DNA from: an uncultured delta proteobacterium
GTDB taxonomy: Bacteria > Desulfobacterota > Syntrophia > Syntrophales > UBA2192
Length of the DNA stretch: 64,000 nt
Direction of reading: 5' to 3'
Assembly: GCA_963705165.1 (NCBI GenBank)
Contig: CAVPJD010000011.1
Location: 64,001-128,000, forward strand
How positions within the stretch are numbered: position 1 is the stretch's first letter; every line of letters starts with the position of its first letter. The notes under the pieces were generated by a model that saw only the letters and a list, made by a program, of their open reading frames with translations, had not been told where the DNA came from and did not search any database. A program made the translations under genes and the position numbers. Below, piece by piece: positions 10,038-20,406 of this stretch.

Positions 10038-11111
10038 ATGGCAAGAATCGACGACCTGTTCGCCCTGCAGCACGACCGGGGCGCCTCCGACCTTCACCTC
10101 TTCGCCGGCTCGCCTCCGGCCCTGCGTGTGCGCGGCGACATGGAAAAGATCGCCGACGAGTCCCTCGACGACGAGGAGCTGCGGGAGATGCTCTTCGAGA
10201 TCCTCACCCCCGGGCAGCGCCAGGAAATCGAGGAGACGGGAGATCTGGACTTCGGCTACGAGGTCAGCGGCATCGCCCGCTACCGCTGCAATTACTTCAA
10301 GCAGAAAAACGGCATCGGCGCCGTCTTCCGCGAAATCCCCTCGACGATTCTCACAGTCGATCAGCTGGGGCTCCCCCAGGTCCTGAAACAGCTTGCCATG
10401 CTGCCGCGCGGCCTCGTACTCCTTACGGGCCCCACGGGAAGCGGCAAGTCGACGACGCTTGCGGCCATCATCGAGCACGCCAACGCGAATCGCAAGTGCC
10501 ACATCATCACGATCGAGGACCCCATCGAGTTCGTGCACCACCCCAAGCAGTGCATCGTCAACCACCGCGAGGTGGAAAGCCACACGCAGTCCTTCGCCAA
10601 GGCGCTCAGAGCGGCCCTGCGCGAGGACCCCGATATCATCCTCGTCGGCGAAATGCGCGACCTGGAGACAACGATGCTCGCCATCGAGGCGGCCAACACG
10701 GGCCACCTGGTCCTGTCCACCATGCACACCATGGGGGCCACGCGGACGATCGACCGCATCGTCGATATGTTCCCGGCGGACCAGCAGTCCCAGATCCGGA
10801 CGTCGCTTTCGGAATCCCTCAAGGGAGTCATGTCCCAGTCCCTCTTCAAGCGCGCGGACAAGCCGGGCCGGATCGCGGCCCTGGAGATTCTGCTGGTGAC
10901 GCCCGCGGCGGCAAACCTCATACGCGAGCAGAAGACCTATCAGCTGATGACGGTCATCCAGACGGGAAGGCGGCTGGGAATGGTCTCTCTCGACGATGCC
11001 ATCGCCGATCTGCTGCAGAGACGCCTGATCAGCCCCGAGGAGGCCTTCGAAAAGGCCGTGGAAAAGGACCGCTTCGCAAAACTCCTCAAAACCCCTCCGC
11101 CTGATTTCTAA
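10038..11111 (+). CDS. pilT: Type IV pilus retraction ATPase PilT
   Basis: ASDLHL, GPTGSGKST, TIEDPIE, LREDPDIILVGEMRD, GHLVLSTMH. Confidence 0.92.
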   Translation: MARIDDLFALQHDRGASDLHLFAGSPPALRVRGDMEKIADESLDDEELREMLFEILTPGQRQEIEETGDLDFGYEVSGIARYRCNYFKQKNGIGAVFREIPSTILTVDQLGLPQVLKQLAMLPRGLVLLTGPTGSGKSTTLAAIIEHANANRKCHIITIEDPIEFVHHPKQCIVNHREVESHTQSFAKALRAALREDPDIILVGEMRDLETTMLAIEAANTGHLVLSTMHTMGATRTIDRIVDMFPADQQSQIRTSLSESLKGVMSQSLFKRADKPGRIAALEILLVTPAAANLIREQKTYQLMTVIQTGRRLGMVSLDDAIADLLQRRLISPEEAFEKAVEKDRFAKLLKTPPPDF

Positions 11112-12069
11112 GGGTCTCGAGGATGTTTTTTGCCTCGTCGATGCGCCCGCAGGAGTTGAGGGCATCGGCGAGGGAGAGCTTGTAAAAGGCATTGACCGGA
11201 TCAGCCGCGCCCGCCCGACGGAAGGCATCGACCGCCTCGGGGGCGCGGTTTTCTTTCATCAGCGTGTTGCCCAGCCGGTTGTAGGAAGTCCCCTCGAAAG
11301 CGGGGTTGACGCGAACAGCCTCGCCGTAGGACCGGAAAGCATCGTCGACCCGCCCCAGCTTCACCAGGGCATCCCCCAGGTCACAGCGGAAAATCGGCTC
11401 CTCGCCTGATGCCTCGACGGCCCTGAGAAATGCGCTTTCGGCCCGCTCGAAGGCGCCGGCCTGCATGCAGGCGTGGCCCATCTTGTTCAGAAAGACCCCC
11501 GCCTTGCCCGGGAAGTCGTGTTCGATGGCCTGCCGGTAGGACGCCTCCGCCTCTTCGAAACGGCTGCTCGCGATGAGGGCATTGCCCATGGCTGCATGGT
11601 ACTGTGAGGAATCGGGCTCTTCAGCCAGGAGCCCCTGGAAGATCTTACTCGCCTTTTCGGCCCGACCTGCCCTCAGATAGGCATCGCCCAGGGTGTAGAG
11701 CAGCGCCAGGTCCTTCGACTGGACGGCCACGGCCCGTTCGCAGATATCCACGAGCCGGTCGTGCTGCTTCATCTCGCGAAAGAGCCGCACCAGCTCGTCG
11801 TAGGCAAACCCCGTGAATACTCTCCTCGCCAGCTCCTTCTGGAAAAGCTTCTCGAACTGGGCCACGGCCTCCTCGACCTCGCCGTTGTCCTTGAGGGCCC
11901 AGGCCATGCACAGCACGAAGGAGTCCATGTCGGGCTTCATCTCGATGAGCTGCCGGTAGACGGCGATCGCCTCGGGGTAGCGCTTCTCCTTCATGTAGAG
12001 CTGCGCCATTGACTCGTACTGTTCGGTGCCGTTCTGTTCGGTGACGTTCTCTTCAGTCATCTCTCGCAT
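11086..12069 (-). CDS. Tetratricopeptide repeat protein
   Basis: Repeated LG..Y...G...EA...Y..A TPR patterns. Confidence 0.85.
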   Translation of the reverse strand: MREMTEENVTEQNGTEQYESMAQLYMKEKRYPEAIAVYRQLIEMKPDMDSFVLCMAWALKDNGEVEEAVAQFEKLFQKELARRVFTGFAYDELVRLFREMKQHDRLVDICERAVAVQSKDLALLYTLGDAYLRAGRAEKASKIFQGLLAEEPDSSQYHAAMGNALIASSRFEEAEASYRQAIEHDFPGKAGVFLNKMGHACMQAGAFERAESAFLRAVEASGEEPIFRCDLGDALVKLGRVDDAFRSYGEAVRVNPAFEGTSYNRLGNTLMKENRAPEAVDAFRRAGAADPVNAFYKLSLADALNSCGRIDEAKNILETLRNQAEGF

Positions 12070-12198
12070 CCTTTAACGCATCATGTGCCTTGCGGCTTCC
12101 CGGAGCGCCCCGCGGGGCGCTCCGGGCAACCTATAACCCGTATCCCCCATCGATGCAATCCCGAAAGTTCTCTTCCGGACCGCTAGGCATTTTTGCTG

Positions 12199-12244
12199 TT
12201 GACAGGAGCCTTTCAAATAACTATATAGCTATTTAGCAATATAG
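12199..12244 (+). promoter_or_regulatory. sigma70 promoter with ArsR-type operator (copy 1)
   Basis: TTGACA-17-TATATA; inverted repeat CTATAT-N12-ATATAG overlaps the -10. Confidence 0.7.
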
Positions 12245-12256
12245 CGAGGTGCTGCC

Positions 12257-12682
12257 GTGAAGGATTTTATCCGGGTTATGAAAGCCCTGTCGGACCCCAA
12301 CCGGGTCAAGGTCGTGAAGATGCTCCAGCAGAAGGAGATGTGCGTCTGCGAGATCCAGTTCGCCCTGGGGCTCGCCCAGCCGACGGTGTCCAAGCACCTG
12401 AAGGTGCTCGAGGAAGCCGGGCTTGTCCAATCGAAGAAGGCCGGGCTCTGGGTCAACTATTCCTTGAGCGGCGGTGGCGGCAGTCCCTATGCGGCAAGTC
12501 TTCTGGGCAACCTGAAGCACTGGATCGAGACCGATTCCGAAATTAAAGCCCTGCGGGAATACATTCCCGGACTGCAGAAAGAATTGGTCCGGCGAAAACG
12601 GGCCCCCTCGACAGAAATGCGGCAGAAAACTAAAAATGTGACGGACGTCGCCTCTTCGGAAAGGCGGGAAAGACATGATTGA
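12257..12682 (+). CDS. arsR: ArsR/SmtB family repressor (copy 1)
   Basis: KALSDPNR, EMCVCE (alpha3 Cys motif), QPTVSKHL, GLWVNY. Confidence 0.92.
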   Translation: MKDFIRVMKALSDPNRVKVVKMLQQKEMCVCEIQFALGLAQPTVSKHLKVLEEAGLVQSKKAGLWVNYSLSGGGGSPYAASLLGNLKHWIETDSEIKALREYIPGLQKELVRRKRAPSTEMRQKTKNVTDVASSERRERHD

Positions 12683-13721
12683 AGAACTCTTTTTCGCGGG
12701 AATTTTTGCAATAAAGGACTATGTGGCAACCCACGTACTCACATGCCTCCTGCCGGCATTCCTTTTGGCCGGCGCGATGGTCGCTTTCATCAACCAGGAG
12801 GCCATTCTCAGTCATCTGGGCGCGAAGGCCAACAAGGCAAAATCATTTTCCCTGGCGAGTCTCGCCAGCTTCTTCATTGCCGCCTGCTCCTGCACGGTCA
12901 TCCCCGTATCGGCAGGCCTTTACTTCAGCGGCGCCGCCATCGGCGTGGCCTTCATCATCCTCTGGGTGGCACCGTCAGCCAACATCCTGTCACTCATCTA
13001 CACTGGTAACATCCTGGGCCCTGAAATCGTCGTAGCCCGTGTCATCGCCTCCCTTTTGATGGCCTTTGTGGTCGGTTGGGTTATGACCCTCGTCTTTCGC
13101 AACGAAGTCCGGGAAGACATCGTGACAACAAGTGCTGAAACCGGCGGCAAGATCATCTCCCGGAAACAGGTGATCCTGCTTTTTCTCATTCTCGTTTCCC
13201 TCCTGGCACCCAACTACATCGGCCAGACAGGACCTTACTGGGTGAAAGTCGTCATCTGGGGCGTCGCCATGATCGTCCTGTTTGCCTACGCGCTGAAAAT
13301 GTTCACGAAAGACGAGATCAAGAGATGGCTTCGCGAGACCTGGTGGTTCATCAAACTGATTTTCCCTCTTCTTCTTGTGGGCGTTTTTCTCGTCGGTGTG
13401 CTGGGCAAATTGCTTCCCGAGGATTGGATCAAAACCTGGCTTGGTGGAAACAGTGTTACGGCTTCCTTCATCGCCACTCTCATCGGGGCCGTCAGCTACT
13501 TCGCCACCATGACAGAGGCCCCCTTCGTGGACACGCTCATGAAGCTGGGCATGGGAAAGGGCCCGGCGCTGGCATTGCTTCTGACCGGTCCGGGGCTCAG
13601 CCTGCCTAACTGGATCGCCATTGCCCGGGTCTTCGGGGTGAAGAAGTCCTTCGTTTATGTAATCACGATCATTATCCTCGGGACCTTTGTCGGCTGGTTC
13701 TTCGGCAACTTTATCCTATAA
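12675..13721 (+). CDS. ArsP/DUF318 family permease
   Basis: HVLTCLLPAF, ACSCTVIP, YFATMTE, GPALALLL.GP; polytopic membrane protein. Confidence 0.85.
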   Translation: MIEELFFAGIFAIKDYVATHVLTCLLPAFLLAGAMVAFINQEAILSHLGAKANKAKSFSLASLASFFIAACSCTVIPVSAGLYFSGAAIGVAFIILWVAPSANILSLIYTGNILGPEIVVARVIASLLMAFVVGWVMTLVFRNEVREDIVTTSAETGGKIISRKQVILLFLILVSLLAPNYIGQTGPYWVKVVIWGVAMIVLFAYALKMFTKDEIKRWLRETWWFIKLIFPLLLVGVFLVGVLGKLLPEDWIKTWLGGNSVTASFIATLIGAVSYFATMTEAPFVDTLMKLGMGKGPALALLLTGPGLSLPNWIAIARVFGVKKSFVYVITIIILGTFVGWFFGNFIL

Positions 13722-13817
13722 CCCATGCGAAAAAAGCGGTCGAAAACCGTCTATTTGCAGGAAGAATTCTGGTTGAGTGCCTAAAGGATGCCCCGGGACG
13801 GCGGGGCATTTTCCCCA

Positions 13818-13863
13818 TTGACAGGGGCCCACAAAATCACTATATAGCCATACGAAAATATAA
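13818..13863 (+). promoter_or_regulatory. sigma70 promoter with ArsR-type operator (copy 2)
   Basis: TTGACA-17-TATATA with TATAT-N12-ATATA; homologous to 12199-12244. Confidence 0.7.
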
Positions 13864-13875
13864 AGGAGTGCCGCC

Positions 13876-14226
13876 GTGAAGGACTTCATCCGGGTCATGA
13901 AGGCCCTGTCGGACCCTAACCGGGTCAAGGTCGTCAAGATGCTTCAGCAGAAGGAGATGTGCGTCTGCGAGATCCAGTTCGCCCTGGGGCTCGCCCAGCC
14001 GACGGTGTCGAAGCACCTGAAGGTGCTCGAGGACGCGGGCCTTGTCCAGTTTAGGAAATCCGGACTTTGGGTCAACTACTCCCTGAGCGGCGGTGGCGGC
14101 AGTCCCTACGCGGCCACCCTGCTGGGAAACCTCAAGCACTGGCTGGGCGATGACCCGGATATCCGTAGAATTGCAGAGTCTCTTCCCGCGATCCAGCGCG
14201 AGATCATCGTCCGGAAAAAAGCCTGA
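13876..14226 (+). CDS. arsR: ArsR/SmtB family repressor (copy 2)
   Basis: Near-identical to copy 1 over about 89 aa, with a different C-terminus. Confidence 0.92.
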   Translation: MKDFIRVMKALSDPNRVKVVKMLQQKEMCVCEIQFALGLAQPTVSKHLKVLEDAGLVQFRKSGLWVNYSLSGGGGSPYAATLLGNLKHWLGDDPDIRRIAESLPAIQREIIVRKKA

Positions 14227-14285
14227 CCAGCCATATTTCCCATTGGAGATATTTCGATCGCCATCACAAAACGAGGAAGGCTGTC

Positions 14286-15458
14286 ATGAAAGAATGGATC
14301 AAGCTATTAATCATCGTTTCTGGTTTCCTGGCCGCGTACTATGTTCCCTGGGACCATGCCGTCATCCGGCAATCGGGCCTCGAGGCCTTCATGATGCTCC
14401 AGGACTATGCCCGTGAGCATGTCCTGACCTGTCTCATCCCGGCCTTCTTCATTGCCGGGGCCATTGCTGCCTTCGTCTCCCAGGCATCCGTTTTGAAGTA
14501 CTTTGGAGCCAAGGCCAACAAGATCCTTTCCTATTCCGTGGCCTCCGTCTCTGGGACCGTCCTCGCCGTCTGCTCCTGCACGGTATTGCCCCTCTTTGCC
14601 GGAATCCACACGCGGGGCGCCGGGATCGGACCGGCGACGGCCTTTCTCTATTCAGGACCGGCCATCAACGTGCTGGCCATCATCCTGACGGCCAGGGTCC
14701 TGGGCTGGCAGATCGGCCTGGCCCGGGCTGTCGGCGCCGTCGTCTTCTCCGTCGTCGCGGGCCTAGCCATGGCCTACATCTTCCGCAAGGAGGACGCCGC
14801 TCGCGACACGGGGGATTTCATCCTTCCGGAAGAGGACGTCAAGCAGAGGTCCCTGACGCAGGAAGCCTTCTATCTGCTGACCATGGTCCTGATCCTCATC
14901 TTTGCGGCCTTTGCAAGGCCCGCACAGGGCGAAACCGGTTTCTGGCCCTTCATTTTCAGTATCAAGTGGTACATCACGGCCGCCCTGCTGATTGTCCTCG
15001 GGATCGAGCTGAAGCTGTGGTTCACCAGAAGTGAACTCACGTACTGGATGGAGACGACCTGGCTGTTCGTGAAACAAATCGTTCCCCTGCTGGCCGGAGG
15101 TGTACTCATAGCAGGGTTCCTCCTGGGCCGCCCGGGCTACGAGGCCCTGATTCCGGAGCACTACATCCATGATCTTGTGGGGGGAAACTCCCTCTGGGCC
15201 AACTTCTTCGCTGCCATCGCCGGGGCCTTCATGTACTTTGCAACCCTGACGGAGGTGCCCATCCTCCAGGGACTCATCGGGTCCGGCATGGGACAGGGGC
15301 CGGCACTGGCCCTCCTTCTGGCGGGCCCGGCTTTATCCCTGCCCAGCATGATTGCCCTTGCGGGGATCATGGGGGTCAAAAAGACCTTCACGTACTGCAC
15401 GATCGTGGTGGTGCTGGCCACGATAACCGGCATCGGCTACGGCTGGCTTGTGGGGTAG
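14286..15458 (+). CDS. ArsP/DUF318 family permease
   Basis: EHVLTCLIPAFFIAG, VCSCTVLPLF, FLYSGPAIN, YFATLTEVP. Confidence 0.88.
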   Translation: MKEWIKLLIIVSGFLAAYYVPWDHAVIRQSGLEAFMMLQDYAREHVLTCLIPAFFIAGAIAAFVSQASVLKYFGAKANKILSYSVASVSGTVLAVCSCTVLPLFAGIHTRGAGIGPATAFLYSGPAINVLAIILTARVLGWQIGLARAVGAVVFSVVAGLAMAYIFRKEDAARDTGDFILPEEDVKQRSLTQEAFYLLTMVLILIFAAFARPAQGETGFWPFIFSIKWYITAALLIVLGIELKLWFTRSELTYWMETTWLFVKQIVPLLAGGVLIAGFLLGRPGYEALIPEHYIHDLVGGNSLWANFFAAIAGAFMYFATLTEVPILQGLIGSGMGQGPALALLLAGPALSLPSMIALAGIMGVKKTFTYCTIVVVLATITGIGYGWLVG

Positions 15459-15472
15459 CCAAAGGGGGGAAT

Positions 15473-16393
15473 ATGTTCAGAAAGATCCTTTATGTCACCG
15501 CTTTTGAGAAGTTTTATCAGGATGTCCTTTCCTGCGCGCTGAGCCTTCAAAAAGCAGGTGCTGAGGAAGTCGTCTTGCTTCATGTCATCTACTCCACTCA
15601 GCTCCCGAAGTCGCACGAGGAATACGTCCTGAAGCTTGCAGAAACGTTGAGAAATCTCTTGAGCGACCGTATGGACGAGGCGGCTGCGCTGGTCGAAGCG
15701 GCCGGCATGAAGGCAAAAAAGCGGATAGAACTCGGGGTCCCGTATCAGGAAATCCTGCGTGTGGCGAAAGAAGAGAACGTTTCGCTCATCGTGGCGGGCA
15801 GGGAGCGAAAAGGGTTTCTCGACGAAGTCTTTGTCGGCTCGATCACGGACAAAATCATTCGCCATGGCACAACACCGGTGTATATCCCGAAATACCCCGG
15901 CACATACGGCGCCGATGAGAAAACCTGCGAGGCCTTCAGCCGGAACCCCTTCCGGAAGATCCTCTACCCCACCGACTGGTCGGACTGCGCCCGGGAAGCC
16001 CTCGACTATGTTAAGCAGTTCAAGACCGCCGGCGTCGGAGAGGTCATCGTCGCCCATATCATGGACGCGAAGGCCATGAAGCTTCAGCCGGAAGAGAAGT
16101 TCCGGGAATTCGAGCGGATCGACGAGGAGAAACTGGCCGAAGTGAAGGAGCAGTTGGAAAATGAGGGCATGAAGGTGAGCACCCGCCTCTGTGTCGGAAA
16201 TCCAAGGACCGCGCTGATCACGCTGGCAAAAACGGCGGATGTGTCCCTCATCATTATGGGAACCCACGGCAAGGGCCGCACCGAAGGAATCCTCTGGGGC
16301 TCCGTTTCGCGGAATGTAGCGGAATACAGCGAAAGACCCGTCTTGCTGATCAAGGGCGGGAAGTGCATCAGCGGAGGGAAGACTACAGCATAA
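15473..16393 (+). CDS. Tandem universal stress protein (two USP domains)
   Basis: MFRKIL, G.P..EI, GS...., KILYPTDWS, GTHG...GSVS. Confidence 0.92.
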   Translation: MFRKILYVTAFEKFYQDVLSCALSLQKAGAEEVVLLHVIYSTQLPKSHEEYVLKLAETLRNLLSDRMDEAAALVEAAGMKAKKRIELGVPYQEILRVAKEENVSLIVAGRERKGFLDEVFVGSITDKIIRHGTTPVYIPKYPGTYGADEKTCEAFSRNPFRKILYPTDWSDCAREALDYVKQFKTAGVGEVIVAHIMDAKAMKLQPEEKFREFERIDEEKLAEVKEQLENEGMKVSTRLCVGNPRTALITLAKTADVSLIIMGTHGKGRTEGILWGSVSRNVAEYSERPVLLIKGGKCISGGKTTA

Positions 16394-16586
16394 AAACAAT
16401 TGCGTTTTCCTCTGCGAAACGAGAGCTCGGACTTCTGCCCGGTCTAAGCCGTTGCTTTTCCCGACAATAGGAAGAGACCGGGGGATTGCTGAGAAGGACG
16501 TTGTCCGAGCAGTACCCAAAAAGATAATCTCCGTGAAATTAAACAATGATTGAAACGGCCAATTTCAGAGAAAGAAAGGAGGAAAA

Positions 16587-16829
16587 ATGAAGATCATTGT
16601 CGCAGGACCGGGATGTGGCAGATGCCATGCCACGGAAAAGAATGTCAAAGAAGCCGCCAAGGCGCTGAACCTCCAGGCCGACATAACCCACGAATTCGAT
16701 GTGAAAGGCTTTCGAAGTCTCGGCGTCAAGGTGACTCCGGCGGTCCTCGTGGACGGGAAAATCGTTGTGTCGGGACATATTCCGACCGTCGATGAGTTGA
16801 AGGAATTGCTGGCTTCAGCAAAAGGTTAG
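16587..16829 (+). CDS. Small redox-active disulfide protein (Thioredoxin_3, MTH895/ArsE-like)
   Basis: GPGCGRC ... VTPAVLVDG. Confidence 0.9.
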   Translation: MKIIVAGPGCGRCHATEKNVKEAAKALNLQADITHEFDVKGFRSLGVKVTPAVLVDGKIVVSGHIPTVDELKELLASAKG

Positions 16830-16922
16830 ACGGGCAGACAACAGGCGTATGCGGTCATCATACATCGAACGCTCACAGGATCACTGCGGCCATCGAAGAG
16901 TCGCGGAAAGGGGGACATTACA

Positions 16923-18212
16923 ATGAGAGATGTAGTCATCGTCAGCGGCGCGAGGACCGCAGTGGGGACTTTCGGCTGTTCATTGAAAGACCTGAAGGCA
17001 GCCGAGCTCGGCGCGATTGCCATCAAGGAGGCAGTCAAGCGGGCCGGGCTGCGTCCCATCGCGTCGGATTTCGTCAAGGAGTGCCGGCCCGACGCCCTGG
17101 GAAAATTCGACATGACGGATTTCCAGAAGAAGTACTACACCTTCGATGCGTCAGCGAAACCCGTTTACTTCGATGAAGTGATCATGGGAAACGTGCTGCT
17201 GGCCGGCCAGGGCATGAACCCCGGCAGACAGGCCTGTCTCTTCGCGGGGCTTCCCGAGGAGACCAACGCCGTCACCGTCAACAAGGTCTGCGGCTCAGGC
17301 CTGAAAGCAATCGCCTTCGGGGCCCAGGCCATCAAGGCGGGCGATGCCGAGATCGTAATCAGCGGCGGCATGGAGAGCATGAGCAATGCCCCCTACGCGC
17401 TGCCTAATGCCCGGTGGGGCTACCGGATGAACATGCCCAACGGCGCCGTGACGGATCTCATGGTCTATGACGGCCTCTGGGAGTTCTTCTACAACTATCA
17501 CATGGGGAACACGGCCGAGGACATCGCGAAGCTCTACAAGATCTCCAAGCAGGAGCAGGACGAGTTTGCCTTCATGAGCCACCAGCGGGCCCGCGCGGCC
17601 ATCGCGAGCGGCGCCACGGCCGATGAGATCGTGCCTGTCGTCATCCCGCAGAAGAAGGGTGACCCGATTGTCTTCAAGGTGGACGAGAGGCCCATGGACA
17701 CGACCCTCGAGAAGATGGCCAAGATGGCGCCGGCCTTCAAGAAGGACGGCACCGTGACGGCCGGTAACGCCTCGGGGATCAACGACGCGGCGGCAGCGGT
17801 GGTACTGATGAGCGCGGAAAAGGCCAAGGAGCTGGGTCTCAAACCTCTGGCCAAAATCCTGGGCTACGAAAAGGGCGGTGTGGACCCGGCCTACATGGGC
17901 CTCGGCCCGATCCCAGCCACTAGAAAACTCTTCAAGAAATTAGGGCTGACCATCAAGGATATCGATTTGGTCGAGCTCAACGAGGCCTTCGCCGTCCAGG
18001 CCCTGGCCTGCATGAGGGAACTGGGAATCGTCAAGGAGAAGTGCAACCTGCTGGGCGGAGGCGTCTCCATCGGCCACCCCATCGGCTGCACGGGCACCAG
18101 GCTCGTTTACAGCCTGGCCATGCAACTCAAGAAGAGCGGCAAGAAGCGCGGCCTCGCGTCACTGTGCATCGGCGGCGGGCAGGGTTTCTCGATGGTCCTC
18201 GAAAGCGTATAA
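16923..18212 (+). CDS. Acetyl-CoA C-acetyltransferase (thiolase)
   Basis: NKVCGSG, NEAFA, GHPIG, CIGGG. Confidence 0.95.
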   Translation: MRDVVIVSGARTAVGTFGCSLKDLKAAELGAIAIKEAVKRAGLRPIASDFVKECRPDALGKFDMTDFQKKYYTFDASAKPVYFDEVIMGNVLLAGQGMNPGRQACLFAGLPEETNAVTVNKVCGSGLKAIAFGAQAIKAGDAEIVISGGMESMSNAPYALPNARWGYRMNMPNGAVTDLMVYDGLWEFFYNYHMGNTAEDIAKLYKISKQEQDEFAFMSHQRARAAIASGATADEIVPVVIPQKKGDPIVFKVDERPMDTTLEKMAKMAPAFKKDGTVTAGNASGINDAAAAVVLMSAEKAKELGLKPLAKILGYEKGGVDPAYMGLGPIPATRKLFKKLGLTIKDIDLVELNEAFAVQALACMRELGIVKEKCNLLGGGVSIGHPIGCTGTRLVYSLAMQLKKSGKKRGLASLCIGGGQGFSMVLESV

Positions 18213-18232
18213 TATCGTGTCCGGTCGATTCC

Positions 18233-18266
18233 AGAGGGGGAAGCGGCAGTGAGCACTTCCCCCTCT
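18233..18266 (+). terminator. Stem-loop after the thiolase gene
   Basis: AGAGGGGGAAG...CTTCCCCCTCT. Confidence 0.5.
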
Positions 18267-18365
18267 CATTGACCCGCGGCCGGGAATGGGTTATGCCCTT
18301 GAGCCGCGCAGCGGCATTTTCGTCGGAGCGGTCACGGAAAATTTCAATTCAGGAGAACGCGGACA

Positions 18366-20345
18366 ATGAAGCGATTTTTGGAAAAGATTCAGGAAATGAG
18401 ATTTCTGCCGGTATTCGTCGTGCTCAGCATGGTGATCGGCATCGCCATCGGAAAGTGGTACGGCATATCGAATTTCGAGCTCACGCCCCCCATCGATGCC
18501 ATCAAATCCATCTTCCACGGGACCTATCAATTCAGTCTCGCCAACAGCCTCGCGCTGGGTGTCGTGATCGGGCTTTTCCTCATGATCTATCCCGCCATGA
18601 CCAACGTGAAGGTCGAGGACATGGGGAAGGCCGCCCGGTCGCCCAGGCAGCTTCTCATCGTGCTGTTTTTCAACTATCTCGTCGCGCCCTTTTTCATGCT
18701 TCTACTGGCCAAGGTATTTCTTGCGGGCGATCATGATCTCTACGTCGGCCTTGTTCTCTACGGGCTTGCGCCCTGCATCGCCATGGTCATTGTCTTCACC
18801 TTCCTCGCCCTGGGCAACAACGCGCTGGCCATCATCCTGGTGGCCATCAACTCCGTCTGCCAGATGCTCCTGATCCCGGTCTACGCGAAACTGCTGCTGG
18901 GGGAAGTGACCTTCGATGTCCTCGTCGTGGGCGAAAGCGTCCTTCTCTACCTGGGACTGCCTCTCGTAGCGGGATTTCTGACCCGCCGCATCGCGGTGAG
19001 CAGGCTGGGCGAAGAGGGCTTCAAGGAATTCAAAACCTACCTCGACTCCCTTTCGATCATCGGGCTTCTTTTCACGCTGATCGTCATGTTTGCCCTGAAA
19101 GGGGATCTGATCCTGGAGCGGCCCATGATCATTCTCCAGATGGCCGTCCCGATGACGATTTTTTTCTGGGTCATGTATGCCGTCGTTTACCTGACGAGCT
19201 GGAAGCTGGGCCTGAACTACAAGGACTCCGTGGCCGTCGCCTTCAACGCGACGGGAAGGGATTTCGAGATTGCCATCGCCATCGCCATCACAGCCTTCAG
19301 CCCGGCCGTGGCGCTCGCAACGGTCGTAGGCCCCCTGATCGAGGTGCCCATCATGCTGGCCCTGGTCTGGGCTTCAAGAAAATCCGAGGCGGTGCTGTTC
19401 AAAGAGATCCCCGCCGTCGTGCCGATCCTGGAGCGGCTGCCCGTATTCGGAAAGATCCTGTTCCCGACGGATTTCTCGCCTCACGCCCAAAAGATCATGG
19501 ATCTGATCCCGGAGCTGAAACGGGCGGGCCTGCAGGAAGCGGTATTCCTGCACGTCATCAACCCCATGAAAGCGACCCGATGGATCGGGGTCGACGAGAA
19601 ATTCGTGGAGCGAACGAGGGACGACGCCTACAAGAGGCTCAAGGGGGTATGCGATAGTCTTGCCTCCGCTCACGGCATTGCCGTAAAATGCCGGGTGCAA
19701 CTCGGCGTGACACACCAGGAGATTGCCCGCGTTGCGGACGAAGAAAAGGTGTCGCTCATCATCATGGGCTCCCATGGGCACGGCTATTTCAAGGGGGCCC
19801 TGCTCGGCAGCAACACCCAGAGCGTCATGCGGCAGGCAAAGATTCCCCTCCTGATCGAGCGTTTCCGGCGTGTCGAAAGCAAGGGAAAAGAAGACCTCGC
19901 TTTCGTCTCCGGCTCGCTATTCAGCAGGGTCCTTTACCCGACGGATTTTTCGCCGAATTCGCAACGGGCGCTGCAGGTGATTGAGCAGTTCCATAAGGAC
20001 ATGACGGAAGAGGTCGTGGTCCTCCATGTACAGGACACGAGGGTACTGGAGCCTCATCTGCAGGAAAAGATGGTCGAGTTCAACCGGGTCGATACGGAAC
20101 GCCTATCCGCTATCAAGGGCCGGCTCATTGCTCTCGGATACCGGGTCAGGACGATCCTGAAGACGGGAATTCCCTTCCGGGAGATCAATGCCATCGCCGA
20201 GGGGGAAAACGTCTCCCTGATCGTGATGAGCTCCCACGGCAAGAGCAACGTCAGGGAGGCCTACACGGGCAGTGAGACGGAATTCATCACCCTTCAGCAC
20301 GTCCGCCCTGTCATGGTCATCCCGAGGGATTGGGATGTGAAATGA
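18366..20345 (+). CDS. acr3: Acr3-family arsenite efflux transporter fused to two USP domains
   Basis: MIYPAM, GLAPCIAMV, FEIAIA, VVGPLIEVP, then KILFPTDFS and RVLYPTDFS USP domains. Confidence 0.88.
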   Translation: MKRFLEKIQEMRFLPVFVVLSMVIGIAIGKWYGISNFELTPPIDAIKSIFHGTYQFSLANSLALGVVIGLFLMIYPAMTNVKVEDMGKAARSPRQLLIVLFFNYLVAPFFMLLLAKVFLAGDHDLYVGLVLYGLAPCIAMVIVFTFLALGNNALAIILVAINSVCQMLLIPVYAKLLLGEVTFDVLVVGESVLLYLGLPLVAGFLTRRIAVSRLGEEGFKEFKTYLDSLSIIGLLFTLIVMFALKGDLILERPMIILQMAVPMTIFFWVMYAVVYLTSWKLGLNYKDSVAVAFNATGRDFEIAIAIAITAFSPAVALATVVGPLIEVPIMLALVWASRKSEAVLFKEIPAVVPILERLPVFGKILFPTDFSPHAQKIMDLIPELKRAGLQEAVFLHVINPMKATRWIGVDEKFVERTRDDAYKRLKGVCDSLASAHGIAVKCRVQLGVTHQEIARVADEEKVSLIIMGSHGHGYFKGALLGSNTQSVMRQAKIPLLIERFRRVESKGKEDLAFVSGSLFSRVLYPTDFSPNSQRALQVIEQFHKDMTEEVVVLHVQDTRVLEPHLQEKMVEFNRVDTERLSAIKGRLIALGYRVRTILKTGIPFREINAIAEGENVSLIVMSSHGKSNVREAYTGSETEFITLQHVRPVMVIPRDWDVK

Positions 20346-20406
20346 TCGTTGAGAGTGTGTCCACAGCGGCATCTGCCAAAATGCATAAAAACTTCATCGT
20401 GACATC

